A stretch of 64,000 bases of DNA, from assembly GCA_951406725.2 (NCBI GenBank), contig OX597836.1, positions 19,778,001-19,842,000 of the forward strand. The letters run 5' to 3'. Shown one piece after another: positions 1 to 13,179 of this stretch. Made by a program: the position numbers and the translations under genes. The notes under the pieces are model-generated. The model did not search any database. It saw only the letters and a list, made by a program, of their open reading frames with translations, and was not told the DNA's origin. Position 1 is the first letter of the stretch, and every line of letters starts with the position of its first letter. This stretch comes from Octopus vulgaris (Eukaryota).

Positions 1-69
1 TGCACCTTCACAATACATACATATAACACACACACACACACACACACACGATGACTTCTTTCGGTTTCT

Positions 70-306
70 TATTTCTTTATTGCCCACACTAAACATAGAG
101 GGGACAAACAAGGACAGACAAACGGATTAAGTCAATTACATCGACCCCCCCCCCCCCCAGTGCGTAACTGGTACTTAATTTATCGACCCCGAAAGGATGA
201 AAGGTAAAGTCGACCTCGGCGGAATTTGAACTCAGAACGTAACGGCAGACGAAATACGGCTACACATTTCGCCCGGCGTGCTAACGTTTCTGCCAGTTCG
301 CCGCCT
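70..306 (-). mobile_element. tRNA-derived SINE 'family A' (representative; other copies at about 2867-3098, 5663-6115, 6680-6908, 56850-57080 on -, and 30090-30491, 62807-63037 on +)
   Basis: Sense head GGCGGCGAGCTGGCAGAA..GTTAGCAC, B-box-like GAGTTCAAATTCC, body GCCTTTCATCCTTTCGGGGTCGATAAATTAAGTACCAG, tail TTGTTTGTCCCCTCT..TAAAGAAATA. Many near-identical copies in the window. Confidence 0.9.
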
Positions 307-736
307 TCTTTCAGTTTCTGTCTATCAAATCTACCCACAAGGCATTGGCTGGCCCATAGTGGGACTAAACCCAAAATTATCTGGTTGGAAGGCAAGCGTC
401 TTACTGCACAGACATATCTATTTAAATATTGCCACATTACTGGTTTTTTTTTGCTGTACTTGATCCAACATAACATCCTCAAAATATGTCTTCATTTATT
501 CTGAGACTTCTTAGAGAATGCTCTTTGCAGATAGAACACAATGTAGCAGGAATGGTTTGCCAATACATCAGATAAATATTTCGAAGTCTGGCAGTAATCC
601 ATGAAGGTAGTTCTTGCAAACTGCTTCAACAGCATCTGCTGCTGCAGTTGTTGTTGCACCTGATAGGTGTGCATTGTTTGTGACAAACTTTGTGTGGTTT
701 ATCTTCTCTACCTTTAGGTGATCCAGATCAATACCT

Positions 737-1154
737 GGATCTTTTCGGTTTGAACGGCAGTTTTTAACATAATTTCTAGGTAACTAAAAAATTTTTAAAC
801 TTCATATACTGGTAGAATGTGTTTATAAAACATCTTTTTCTCTTGGCTTTATTGAGAAAATTCTATAGTTTCTAAGATATTTGTTGTTTATTTTTCTTCA
901 ATTTTTGCAATTTCAACCAATCAATGACATCTATTGAGGTGAAAACATTCTGTGCCGTATGAATATGTCCCTCGTTTAAGAAACAGATTGGGTTTATTTA
1001 CATTTGTGAGGAAAAAAAGATACCCTTCCCCCCACTCCTAACCCTAACCCTAAAACAGATTGAAATGCAATAGATCGATACTAGGGTCATAATTATGGGT
1101 GACAATTTCATATGACACCACTAGAAAAAACTGCCATTCAAACCGAAACGATCC
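737..1154. mobile_element. Non-autonomous DNA transposon (MITE) with GGATC termini and 8-bp TSD, Merlin-like
   Basis: TIRs ggatcttttcggtttgaacggcagttttt / aaaaactgccattcaaaccgaaacgatcc. TSD caatacct at 729-736 and 1155-1162. Internal (ccctaa)n. Confidence 0.85.
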
Positions 1155-1559
1155 CAATACCTTAGTGCAATGCAACCAATTGAGAGTGCTCAACAGACTC
1201 ATCTCGCACATCACAATTGAGCCAAGTACAAAAAGGTTTGTCCTGATCATTACCATTAACCATTCAACTTTTAAACTGGCCATATCTGGTCCAAATATTC
1301 TATCTGTTTTATGTTCAAACTGGCCAGATTCAGCCTCTCACACCTATCATACAATGTCATTTTAAAAATAAACAATCATGTCACTGAAATCATAAAATCA
1401 TGAGATAATGCATGATTAATTCAAAACAATGTGAATATATATTGCAAGTGAAGGCACATGGTTCAGTGGCCTAAACTTGATGTCACTGAGGCATAAAAAT
1501 GTTTCATCACTAAGCAATGGCAAAACTTTTGGCGTCGACAATGAGAACAACTACGGTAA

Positions 1560-1598
1560 CAGCAGCAGCAGTGACAGCAGCAGCAGCAGCAATAACAA

Positions 1599-1629
<31 letters not shown>

Positions 1630-1675
1630 AACATCAACAACAGCAGCAGCAGCAGCAACAACAACAACAACATCA

Positions 1676-1707
<32 letters not shown>

Positions 1708-1787
1708 AGCAGCAGCAGCAACAACAACAGCAACAGCAGCAACAACAACAACAACAACAATAACAACAAACAACAACAACAACAACA
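1560..1787. repeat. Compound (CAG)n/(CAA)n trinucleotide microsatellite
   Basis: Direct reading. Explains the poly-N/S/T/A/Q ORFs at 1477-1975. Confidence 0.95.
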
Positions 1788-1947
1788 TGAAAGAAATGAA
1801 ACGTAAAAACGCAAATGTCACCTCTGCATCTTTTGCATCAGCGGGGAGAAATATGGAAAGTTTCCACATAGATGAAAGAGAATTAAAATTAACCAGAAAA
1901 ATTGTAAAAAGAGATGGGAGAAAGGTAGCTCTAAACCCTCCACTCGA

Positions 1948-2150
1948 CATCATCGTCATCATCATCATCGTTTAACGTCTGCTTTCCATGCTAGCATGGG
2001 TTGGACGGTTCAACTGGAGTCTGGGAAGCCAGAAGGCTGCACCATGCCCAGTCAGATCTGGCAGTGTTTCTACAGCTGGATGCCCTTCCTAACGCCAACC
2101 ACTCCGTGAGTGTAGTGGGTGCCTTTTACGTGCCACCGACACAGGTGCCG
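1948..2150 (-). mobile_element. SINE-like repeat 'family C' with (GAT)n tail (other copies at 28245-28702, 38490-38906, 47500-47745, 54888-54978, 55730-56221)
   Basis: Sense motif GGCGTTAGGAAGGGCATCCAGCTGTAGAAA...CCCATGCTAGCATGGAAAGCGGACGTTAAAC(GAT)n, repeated across the window. Confidence 0.85.
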
Positions 2151-2151
2151 A

Positions 2152-2815
2152 CGTGAAAGAAAATATCGCAAGATGCATGGCGTCATACCATTGCATCTGA
2201 GTTAAGTTATAGCGGTTGGAAAATGCTCCTGAGATTGAAGTACAAAAATATCTTGGGCACGTGTGGGAACAAAAGACCCACATCACCCGAGGAAAGAAGT
2301 TTGGAACCATTGAGGTGAGATTTGGGATGGAAGAAGAAGCTAGATGTAATTCCACAACCACTTTGAGGAATGACAACTTTTTCTTAATACCCAGCTATCA
2401 TGGCCAATACCTTGCCAAGATTAGGGTGCTGAATGTGCCACCAGAAATATTCATTACCTGGTTAGTGGCGGCTGTCTTGGAGGTCAAGAAGCTACCTAAG
2501 CAAAATTGGTCAGGTATAGGTATGAAACTGACTTTGCAATGCAAAAGCAGGACCATATTGACCAGCTGCCCGATCTAATTGATCTCCTACATGGTAATCT
2601 CCAGTCAGTGTTCATGGAGGGTAGAAGGCCAAGATGCCACAAATGTGGATCTGTAAATCACTTAAAGGTTTTATGCCCTGAAACAAAGACAAATAAAGTC
2701 CCACTGCTGCCAACATTACAAATACAAGTGCAAAATTATAAACAAGTGCTCAAGACTCCAAAACCTATTCCCACACCTACACTCACACCCACTCCCAAGA
2801 CAAGGAAGGAGTCTA
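2152..2815 (+). pseudogene. Decayed Tx1/L1-type LINE ORF1 (gag-like, CCHC zinc knuckle)
   Basis: Frameshifted ORFs 2216-2578 and 2506-2856 contain KIRVLNVPPEI and GRRPRCHKCGSVNHLKVLC (C-x2-C-x4-H-x4-C). Lies upstream of, and on the same strand as, an ORF2 remnant. Confidence 0.75.
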
Positions 2816-3195
2816 CCTCCAGTCGACTTTGTTTTTCATCCTTTCAGTGTCAATAAATTAAGTACCTATTTCTTTATTACCCACAAGGGGCTAAACACAG
2901 AGGGGACAAACAAGGACAGACATAGGTATTAAGTCGATTATATCGACCCCAGTGCGTAACTGGTACTTAATTTATCGACCCCGAAAGGATGAAAGGCAAA
3001 TTCGACCTCGGCGGAATTTGAACTCACAATGTAGCGCAGACGAAATACCGCAAAGCATTTCGCCCAGCATGCTAACATTTCTGCCAGCTCGCCGCCTTGT
3101 GTCAATAAATTAAGTACCAGTTGCGTACTGGGGTCAATCTAATCAACAGCCCCCTCCCCTACAATTTCAGGCCTTGTGCCTTTAGTAGAAAGGAT

Positions 3196-3968
3196 TATTT
3201 ATCGTCTCACCATCGTGCCTTTCCCTAGTTACTGTTTAATTAGATTGGAGTGTATCATGTTTATTTTCTTGTGGAAGGGACATGTTCCAATGGTCAGGCG
3301 GTCGGTCTGCTGCCAATTTCCTTTGCATGGCACATTAGGCATGCCATGGCTTTTAATGTGCAGACATGTACTGAGGTTGCACCACTGGCAGCGATTTTTA
3401 GAAGGCAAACGTGGGTGGGTTTCGTTTGTGAGACACGCCTTTCCACAGCTCTTTTCCTTGATGCAGCTGCAGTCTTGGGTAAAGGATAAGCCGAGACTGG
3501 GCACCTGGTACTTAGAATGTTGTCAGGCACTCACTGTCCTCTAAAAGCCGGGCAATAGGATCAGTGGATGTTCCACTTTAGATATTTATAGAGGATTAGT
3601 AGTAGGGAAGTGCGACGACATCCTCGGGGAGACCCTAGGCGTCGACGAAGATGAACTGGAGGACTTTCTGATCGAGGACTGTTATGGATAATTTCCAGAT
3701 GTCTTTGGCCTGGCAGTGCTACCAGTTCGAGATAAATACTACAGGAACAGATGTGTTGTCAGATGGGTTTGTCCGAGGTGCTCACAGAGTGACAGAACTG
3801 TTCTGCATGCACTTGTGTACAGTGTCTGGGCATTGCTGACTTTTGGAGTTATGTCAAACAGTTGCTGTCACATGTAGGACAGATCCGTCTGTCATCTGAG
3901 TCCATAATGATGATTGCTCTGCCACCCTCCTTTAATCGGGCTTGCAAGGCAGTTTTCCTTTGTCTCCA
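3196..3968 (+). pseudogene. Decayed Tx1/L1-type LINE ORF2 C-terminal region
   Basis: YRLTIVPFP..RLECIMFIFLWKGHVPMVRRSVCCQFPLHGTLGMPWLL aligns with the intact ORF at 48927-49979. Stops and frameshifts follow. Confidence 0.9.
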
Positions 3969-5119
3969 ACTTCTTTCTTCCATCTCACAGGTCTATACTG
4001 AGAGAGGTACCATCCACTCTTGCCATTTTCACAACTTTCACCCACCTTTTCGTAAATTCACTCAAGCACCTCCCTCTCCACCCTCACTTTCCTTTTCAAG
4101 CGAAAGTTGAAAAAGCCAATGAGGGCTTTACCAATCCAACTGAGACGCCAAAATCACATAACATTCAATTGTACAATGTTATTAATATATATTTTTAAGA
4201 GAGTGCTGTTCTCTGCATGACTTCCCTGAATCATATTTTTAGAGGGTCGTGAACAAATGAGTCTTAATAATAATCTTTCAGTACTCTTAGTTCTGCTCTA
4301 CTTACTGCTTCTCTACAACAATTTCTCGACCTAGCACCTATGTTTTGTGTTTGCATTTTGCTCTATGGTTTATCCACGTCATCAAAGCATTTTTTGTATG
4401 CATTGTGAACAGGCTTATATCTTTTTCCCCAGTTTTCTAAAGAAAAATATATGACCTTTTTATAAAGTCAACGTGAGGTTAGACATTACATAATGGCAAA
4501 GGTCAACCAAGGATAAATTTTAAGCCATTCCATAGGGAAATCTTTCACACTAGAACTTTTAACAAATTTTTTTAGTTCAATAGCTTGTGTCCAGTCCTAT
4601 GCTGACACACCCTATCAGAAAATATATCCTGACACATCAGTAATAGCTAAGTGAGTGACCAGTACAACTGTCAAATGTAAGTTCCCACCAAGGCCCATCA
4701 TCCTTCAGCTCTCAAGGGGTTCATTCACCGATGTATTGGAAAGAATACTTGCTGCAATATCTGGAAGAAGTCACCCACTATTATCAACAGTGAAAGCTTG
4801 ACCTAACACTACATCACTTTAAAGATGACCATAAAGAAAGCAAAGAGGGTCCTCATGTATTGTATGGCTTGTAAGCATTTCACCTCCCCAAATGGTAACC
4901 AGTCCTTACGGTCGCTTCATAAGATTATTGTTACCAGCTTTTTAAAATGTTCCTAACCTCGTCTTTCTTCAGCTACAATAGGTCTATAAGTAGCACACCT
5001 CCTGATAAAGTTACCACCTTTGTTGCTTGCTGTATTTCCAAATAATGCTGCACTTCTTTACCAGAGACATGTTTCTGTCTCTGCAACCACTTGTAATATC
5101 ACCATGGAAATATCTCCAA

Positions 5120-5640
5120 ATACTCTAAGCCAACAAGTCTACAGGTCCTGCTGGCATTCCTTCTATTAACCCCCAAACACTGAATTTTCATTCTGCTCTA
5201 ACCCCTGAAAACGGCTGATAATGAATTCCACTAAGAAGGGCAATTTTTCTGATCCTACAAACTACAATCCTGCCACCTTCACTTCCCTAACCCTACCCTA
5301 ACCAATTATTGCTCTGTCTTTACATTCAACAGTTCAAAGGTCATGGCAATAGTCATAAGCAACATTCAAAGATTACCTCAAGTCCCCATTCCAAATCACC
5401 ACCAATATGATTCTCATAACTGCAGATCTCCCAGGGTTTGTCCTCTTGCAGTACACACCAGAGGTCTCTCATTCTTCAAACCTTAGGGTGATTGCATTGT
5501 TATTGCCTTTGACACCAACAAAACCCTTGACCTCTTGATGAAGTCATCAACCAATGGTCTCCATTCTTATTCCATCTCTGGGGCCAGAAACTTTCCCTTC
5601 AAACCACATCACCAAAGTATCTACTGGCAGGTATTTCTTC
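5120..5640 (+). pseudogene. Ancient LINE reverse-transcriptase remnant
   Basis: Scattered RT-like peptides KSTGPAGIP, SDPTNYNP, SKVMAIVI, HQYD, CIVIAFD across broken frames. Confidence 0.45.
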
Positions 5641-6285
5641 GAACTAAAATGGTTTTAATTCTTATTTCTTTACTACCCACAAGGGGCTACACACAGAGGG
5701 GACAAACAAGGACAGACAAACAGATTAAGTCGATTATATCGACCCCAGTGCGTAAATGGTACTTATTTAATCGATCCTGAAAGGATGAAAAGCAAAGTCG
5801 ACCTCGACGGAATTTGAACTCAGAACGTAAAGACAGACGAAATACCAAGCATTTTGCCTGGCATGCTAATGATTCTGCCAGCTTACCAATTTCTTTATTA
5901 CCCACAAGGGGCTAAACACAGAGGGGACAAACAAGGACAGACATAGGTATTAAGTCGATTACATCGACCCCACAGCGTAACTGGTACTTAATTTATCGAC
6001 CCCGAAAGGATGAAAGGCAAAGTTGACCTCAGCGGAATTTCAACTCAGAACGTAAAGACAGACGAAATACCAAGCATTTTGCCCGGCATGCTAACAATTC
6101 TGCCAGCTTACCGCCAAAATGGTTTTAATTCTGATGTCCTTCATGAGACACTGATGTCACTCTTCGATTTTTCCTTAAGAATATTAATAACCTGATAACT
6201 GTTACTTCCAATCATGCACATCCCAATGAAGATACCAACTCATTCCCTTCTTAACATTCCACACTCAGAAGTTATTAGTCTAGAC

Positions 6286-6486
6286 CAGTGGCTTTCAACC
6301 AAGGTTCCACGGAACCTTAGGGTTCTGCCAATACAGTCCAGGGGTTCTGCTAAAATCGGCAGTAATTTTTAATTCTCCTGTGCAGATATGTGTGCATAAG
6401 ACTATTAAATTATTGTACAAGGGTTCCTTGAGCCAGTGAAATGTTTCCTTGGGGTTCCGCTCCAGCAAAAAGTTTGAAAAGCACTG
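6286..6486. mobile_element. hAT (Charlie/Buster-type) MITE
   Basis: Termini CAGTG...CACTG. 8-bp TSD gtctagac at 6278-6285 and 6487-6494. Confidence 0.9.
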
Positions 6487-7333
6487 GTCTAGACAACATC
6501 CTGTGTTTGATATAGCACTGCTTGCACAAACAGATTTCTTGAGAAGCCTTACGTAATGAAAATGCACTGATCTAGTCTCCACCAACAGTACCAAGATGAA
6601 ATCACTACACGCATATGTGTGCATGCATGCTCGTTCACACGTGTGTGTGTGTATCTGTCTGTGAAAAAAACAAATTATCTATTTCTTTACTACCCACAAG
6701 AGGTTAAACATAGAGGGGTCAAACAAGGACAGACAAACAGATCAAGTCGATTACATCGACCCCCAGTGCGTAACTGGTACTTAATTTATTGACCCCGAAA
6801 GGATGAAAGACAAAGTCGACCTCAGTGGAATTTGAACTCAGAACGTAATGGCAGACGAAATACGGCTACGCATTTCGTCCGGCATGCTAACGTTTCTGCC
6901 AGCTCACCAAGCCCTTCCTTACAGAAGAACAACACACATACATACACACATTAACACATCATTAAGTCCTGACAATCATCACTACTAATGATTGACTGCA
7001 GCCTATCTTTATGTGGTGACATCACGTATACAACAGTCTAAATATTTGCCCACCTCTTAAGCAGTGAACCATTACCGGCATCACTCAATTAATCCATGAG
7101 GTCACCCCACATCCAAGCACCACTCACACATCTGGGATTGGGCTCTTGATAAACACACGAAAATAGCCCCAGTTGAATTGTAAAGATTCAAAGAGGGGGT
7201 GGTGGTGTTTATGTGGTTAACTGAATTGCTAGAAATAACAGTCCAGTATACCTCAACTTTTGAACACAGGGTTTGTTCAATCAGAGCTGGCTTGATGCTA
7301 AACAACAACAACAACAACCCTTTCTATTATAGG

Positions 7334-7454
<121 letters not shown>

Positions 7455-7484
7455 ATTTAGGAATGGTCATTTTGCCAGTTTAGT

Positions 7485-7529
<45 letters not shown>

Positions 7530-7746
7530 ATTGCAGCACGGAATTATGTCAGTGAACAGGTTGCGGTCTCAAAGCGATGAAAATATTTTGGCAAATCAAA
7601 TTTAAATGTTGAAGTGAATCTAATGGATTTTGTGTGTTTCTTAAATGGCTTATAAACACTTTCCACGCTGCAATTGTTTTCGTTCCAGCACACGATCTCA
7701 GATCAGGTCACTTGCTATGCAAGTACATCTCCGTAATATATATATG

Positions 7747-7797
<51 letters not shown>

Positions 7798-8015
7798 TCA
7801 CATGCATACATACATACATTCATATATATATATATATATATTTTAGTTACAAAGAAATTATTTTAAAAATCTGTCGGTCAAAGCGAAAAGATCCATAAAT
7901 ACATATGTATATGTATTTTTATGTATGTGTATGTGTGTGTGTATTATTGTTAAATAACCTCTTTTGAATACTTGAGAGCAAACCGGTAAACGTTTGGAGT
8001 TATCCCTTACTATTT

Positions 8016-8062
<47 letters not shown>

Positions 8063-8373
8063 GCGGTTCGGCAAAAGAGATCGATAGAATAAGTACTGGG
8101 CTTACAAAGAATAAGTCCTGGGGTCGATTTGCTCGACTAAAGGCGGTGCTCCAGCATGGCCGCAGTCAAATGACTGAAACAAGTAAAAGAGTAAAAGAGT
8201 ATATAAATATATATATATATATATATATCAATAGCCGACCTATATATTTGTGTATGTGTGTGTGTGTATGTGTGTATTTATGCACGTGTAGTAAAAAAAA
8301 CACACAAAATAATTAGTTAACTAACACGTTAGTCTCCGCACTAGTACATAGAAGTGCTACAGTTGCCTCGTTA

Positions 8374-8387
8374 GTTGCCATGACAAC
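8374..8387. promoter_or_regulatory. RFX X-box motif within a CpG-richer unique segment (candidate promoter or first exon, about 8340-8660)
   Basis: GTTGCCATGACAAC is one base from the X-box palindrome GTTGCCATGGCAAC. Minus-strand donor-like GTAAGT at about 8391-8405. Confidence 0.45.
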
Positions 8388-9364
8388 CGCCACTTACACA
8401 CTTACTGGTTTTTTAAAATCTTTTTTTTCCTGTTCCTCATCCTATTCTGATCCACCCATCACCACCACCACCACCACCACCATTTACACCATCATCATCA
8501 TCATTATCATCACTGACGTCTTCATCATAGCCAAACGGCTGTTCGCGTTGGCGGCAACGCCTGTTAGTGGTAGGACGGCGGCTCGGTGCAGGCCAGAACC
8601 AGATGGAATAACCCGTTTTGTTTGTTGATTTTCATTTCGTTTTCTTGTGACTCATAGAAAAATTAAGTGCACTCACGCATACATTATACATACGGCAACA
8701 GATACATAGAGTTACTCACAACACACACACACTCGCGCACACATCCAGACACACATAAACTCTAATAAATTATTATAAACATTCAGATACATACAGATAT
8801 CACAAGTAGACAAATGGAAGTAAAAACACACACATGCACACACACACTCAAATACGTTATTATTCGTAGATAGATACCCAAGATATATACACATAAACAC
8901 ACGTAAACTCTCTCTCACGCATACACCCATAGACACTCACACACACATAGACATTATATACACACTCAAATACGCTATACGTTTGACAGAGAGACATTCA
9001 AAATACATTCACACACAAACACACACATATACACACTCACACACACACATACCGCATCACGCTTTCCATTATCCAATCAGAAACATTTTTCCCCATTCAA
9101 AACTAAGACTTTCGCAAAGTTTCTTTGAATTGCCAGGAATTTGACCGTTTAGAGTAAAAATTTCAAAATCCAGCTTTCAGATTTCTTTGAGAAATATTTC
9201 CTTTCCATTTTCCTTCTTTTTCTATGGTAAAGATTAAAGTTAAAACTTCCTGAAAGTTCAATGTTCTCCCATCGAATACCGACGTTTAAATTGAAATTCA
9301 ATATCTTTTTCGAATAAAATGATAATATTCAAATTAGCAACAAAAACAACAACAACAACAATAA

Positions 9365-10093
9365 GGATTTCAAATTTTGGCACAAGTCCAGCAATTTTAG
9401 GGGATGGAGTAAGTCAATTATATCGAGCCCTGTACTCAACTGGTACTTATTTGATCGATTCCGAAAGGATGAAAAGCAAAGTCGACCTTGGCGGAATTAG
9501 AACTCAAAGACGGACGAAATGCTGCTAAGCATTTTGCCTGGCGTACCAACGATTCTACTTGCTCGCTGCCTCTAGACCAGCAGTTTTGGGGGAGAGGATG
9601 AGTCGTTTACATCTTATTTAATCGACCCCGAAAGGATGAAAGGCAAAGTCGACCTCGGAGGAATTTGAATTCAGAACGTAAAGGCAGACGAAATACCTAC
9701 TTCTTTACTACCCGCAAGAGGCTAAACACAGAGAGGACAAACAAGGGCAGACAAATGGATTAAGTCGATTATATCGACCCCAGTGCGTAACTGGTACTTA
9801 TTTAATCGACCCCGAAAGGATGAAAAGCAAAGTCGATCTCGACGGAATTTGAACTCAGAACGTAGCGGCAGACGAAATACCTATTTCTTTACTACCCGCA
9901 AGGGGCTAAACATAGAGAGGACAAACAAGGACAGAGAAACGGATTAAGTCGATTATATCGACCCCAGTGCGTAACTGGTACTTAATTTATCGACCCCGAA
10001 AGGATGAAAGGCAAAGTCGACCTCGGCGAAATTTGAACTCAGAACCTAAGGACGGACGAAATGCCACTAAACATTTCGACCGGCGTGCTGACG
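9365..10093 (-). repeat. Cluster and tandem array of SINE family A units
   Basis: Repeated ~183-bp units joined at gaaatacc|ta(c/t)ttc. Confidence 0.85.
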
Positions 10094-10123
10094 ATTCTGC
10101 CAGCTCGCAGCCTTAATAATAAT

Positions 10124-10152
10124 AATGATGATGATGGTGATGGTGATGGTGG

Positions 10153-10204
<52 letters not shown>

Positions 10205-10231
10205 AGTGATGATGATGATGACGACGATGAT
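10124..10231. repeat. (GAT)n microsatellite
   Basis: Direct reading. Confidence 0.95.
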
Positions 10232-12280
10232 GGAACGCAAGTCTAGTGGGATTTCGTTGAACATGGCGGCCATCTATAAAGAGAAACAGATTGGTACCAG
10301 GACGCATCCTTAAACCCCAGTGATGGGAACCGGATCTGAAGGGCATTTTTATGTATGGCATGCCCCACCCACCATGCCGTCGTGAAGGGAGCGGACCAGG
10401 TTAATGAAGTCCTCCGGTCATCCGAACTGGGCAAGGATGGCCCACATTGCAGGACGGGGGGACCTTGTCAAGGGCTTTCTTTAGATCCCAGAAGAACATT
10501 GCAGGGTGTTGTTGTTGTTCCTGACACTTCTGGAGTTGACGGGCACAAAAGATCATGTCGATTGTGCCTCGAGAGGGTCGAAAGCCACACTGGGACTCAG
10601 AGAGGACGTCTTCTGCGAGGATGAGGAAGCGATTGAGCAGGATACGGGCGAAGATCTTATTTGCGATACTGAGGAGTGAGATGTCTCGATGGTTGTTGCA
10701 ATCCTCTCGGTCTCCTTTTTTGTAGATGATGATGATAGTTGCATCGCGGAAGTCGTTTGAGGCAGGTGGGGGTCTTGCTTTCCCAGATTTTAAGGATAAG
10801 GAGTATCAGATGCTTTCTCAGCCCAGGACCCCCGTGCATGAACAACTCAAACGGGATGTTGTCCAGTCCTGGAGCTTTCCTCGGCTTCAGGTGCACAAGT
10901 GCTTTGTTGAACTTATCACGTGAGGGCGACAGGGACATCCAATGGCGGATGGGGAGCTGTGGGGTGTTTTGGCGGAAATCGTCAGGGGTGCGTGAGTGGT
11001 CGTTAAGTAGGCACTCGAAATGGAACTTCCAGCGATCGAGGATTCCCTGGGTGTCGGTTATCGTAGAGCCAGCTGCGTTCTTCAGACCGCCCACTGATGA
11101 CCTTGTGGTAACTGCATAAAAGCTGCGCAAGTTTCGTTGGTCCGCATAGTTTTGCGTCTCCTCTGCCACCAGATGTTCTGAGCTTCTCGAATTCCTCGCT
11201 GGCATTCCGCTGATGCTTGCTAGTGTTTTCGTTTCTTCTCCGCAGTGGCATGGTTCTCGAGGGCTAGGCGCGTCTGGAGTTTGGCTTCGATCAGATGGGA
11301 GATGGTTTCATCATTCTCGTCAAACCAGTCTTGGTTCTTCTTCCGTGCAAAGACGATCGTCTCCTCGGCGGCAGTGGTCATGGCTTCACGAAGGTTGGTA
11401 CAGCGATCCTCAATGGAGGTTCATTAGGTGTCTCTCAATGGATTCTCTGAAGTCTTGGGATGCCTGTAAGTTCCGGAGTTTGACGCAGTCGATGTGTCGG
11501 CAAGGGATATTCGCCGAGACCCGCTTTGGTGGGCAGCGGATCTTGATGGTCAAGGCGAGAAATAAGAAGGCGGTGATACGTCCAGCAGTCATCTGCACCA
11601 GGCATGGAGTGGGTGATGCGTACATCTCGTCTGTTCCCGGATCTTGTCAGAATGTAGCCGAGGATGTACCAGTGTTTAAACCGTGGGTGTTTCCAGGTCA
11701 TTCTTCGTCGGGTAGGGAGACGAAATTGGGAGTTGGTGATGATGAGTTCGTGCTCGGCGCAAAGGCCCAGGAGGAGCTGACCATTGGCTTTGCATTTCCA
11801 AATGCCGTGATGACCAAGAATGACATTCCACAGACAATGGTCACTGCCGACTCTGCCGTTAAAGTCCCCACGACGAGTTTGCCATACGCGGAGACTGTCT
11901 AGACGGTGCAGTCCAGTAGGTTATAGAACGAAGCCTTGACGTCATTTTCAGATATGAGGGTAGGGGCATACACAGATCAGCGTAAGGAATGTGTCCCGAA
12001 TTAATGGAATCTGAACTGTCATCAGGCGCTCACTGACGCCAGTTGGGATTAGTCTGTGTTGGTTCACGAGTCGCGTTTTGATGGCAAGGCCAACTCCATG
12101 GTTCATTAGGATTCTACCCCTTCCAAAAGATGGTGTATTTGGAGCCAGCTTCTCTGATGCTGCCTTCTCCGGGAAGCCTAGTCTCGCTCAAGGCTGCCAC
12201 GTCGATGTTGAAGCGGGCAAGTTCTTTGCAGAGGAGGACTGTACGTCGCTCTGGTCGCTTAATGTCACCCTTGTTCAGTA
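10232..12280 (-). mobile_element. RTE-clade LINE, degenerate (AP endonuclease plus N-terminal part of RT)
   Basis: RPERRTVLLCKELARFNIDVAALSETRLPGEGSIRE (APE), [31 protein letters not shown] and ESQCGFRPSRGTIDMIF in broken frames. Confidence 0.9.
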
Positions 12281-12281
12281 A

Positions 12282-12362
<81 letters not shown>

Positions 12363-12363
<1 letters not shown>

Positions 12364-12705
12364 TCTTTTACTTGTTTCAATCATTTGACTGCGGCCATGT
12401 TGGAGCACCGCCTTTAATCGAGTAACTCGACCCCGGGACTTATTCTTTTGTAAGCCCAGTACTTATTGTATCGGTCTCTTTTGCCGAACTGCTAAGTAAC
12501 GTGGACATAAACACACCAGCATCGGTTGTCAAGCAATGATAGGGAGACAAACACAGACACACAAACACACACACGCATATATATATATATATATACATAT
12601 ATACGACGGGCTTCTTTCAGTTTCCGTCTACCAAATCCACTCACAAGGCTTTGGTCGGCCCGAGGCTATAGTAGAAGACACTTGCCCGAGGTGCCACGCA
12701 GTGGG
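12363..12705 (-). mobile_element. tRNA-derived SINE 'family B', 5'-truncated (fuller copies at 13397-13816, 21575-21998, 24195-24576 on -; 15051-15420, 31001-31405, 40020-40433 on +)
   Basis: Sense head GGCGCAGGAGTGGCTGTGTGGTAAG..GGGTTCAGTCCC, CCTTGGGCAAG, internal (TA)/(TG) tract, tail GGCGGTGCTCCAGCATGGCCGCAGTCAAATGACTGAAACAAGTAAAAGAG. Confidence 0.9.
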
Positions 12706-12843
12706 AATATATATATAATTTACAAAATAAGGGCAAAAGAAAAATTCTAATGCCAAATATGCCGAAAAAAAGACAAAATTGTCAATAACCATTATAATTT
12801 ATGCGTCTCGAAACAAACCGACAGAAATTTCTAAAAAATCCGT

Positions 12844-12910
12844 TATTACCGTATTGGTCCCAATTTCGGGGGTTAATTTATAAGAATTTTCCCCTCTTCA
12901 GCGATAAATA
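12844..12910 (-). ncRNA. Type I hammerhead ribozyme
   Basis: Sense: tatttatcg-CTGAAGA-gggg..cccc-GAAA-ttgg ga ccaa-TA-cggtaata. Confidence 0.8.
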
Positions 12911-13113
12911 CGTGAGATATAAGTGAAATACTTACTCATACCCATGGAAAAAGCAAGCACTAAGTCTGTGAAAGTTTCTAGTTCGAATCACACGTGCCTC
13001 GAGATGTGCCGAAGATTTTCTATTTTGGATATATTTGGGGTACTTAGGTCTGCCCAGGACTTAGTGCTTGCTTTTTCCATGGGTATGAGTAAGTATTTCA
13101 CTTATATCTCACG

Positions 13114-13179
13114 TATTTATCGCTGAAGAAGGGAAAATTCTTATGAATTAACCCCGAAATTGGGACCAATACGGTAATA
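13114..13179 (+). ncRNA. Type I hammerhead ribozyme
   Basis: tatttatcg-CTGAAGA(13123)-aggg aaaattc..gaatt aa cccc-GAAA(13156)-ttgg ga ccaa-TA-cggtaata. AUA cleavage triplet. Confidence 0.8.

Noticed and set aside
492-686. Minus-strand ORF as a host exon
   Set aside because: No convincing splice sites or recognisable motif, and adjacent sequence is interrupted by a MITE.
1477-1975. Poly-N/S/T/A ORFs suggesting an antifreeze-like or polyQ protein
   Set aside because: Produced by a (CAA/CAG)n microsatellite open in several frames on both strands, with no splice or domain support.
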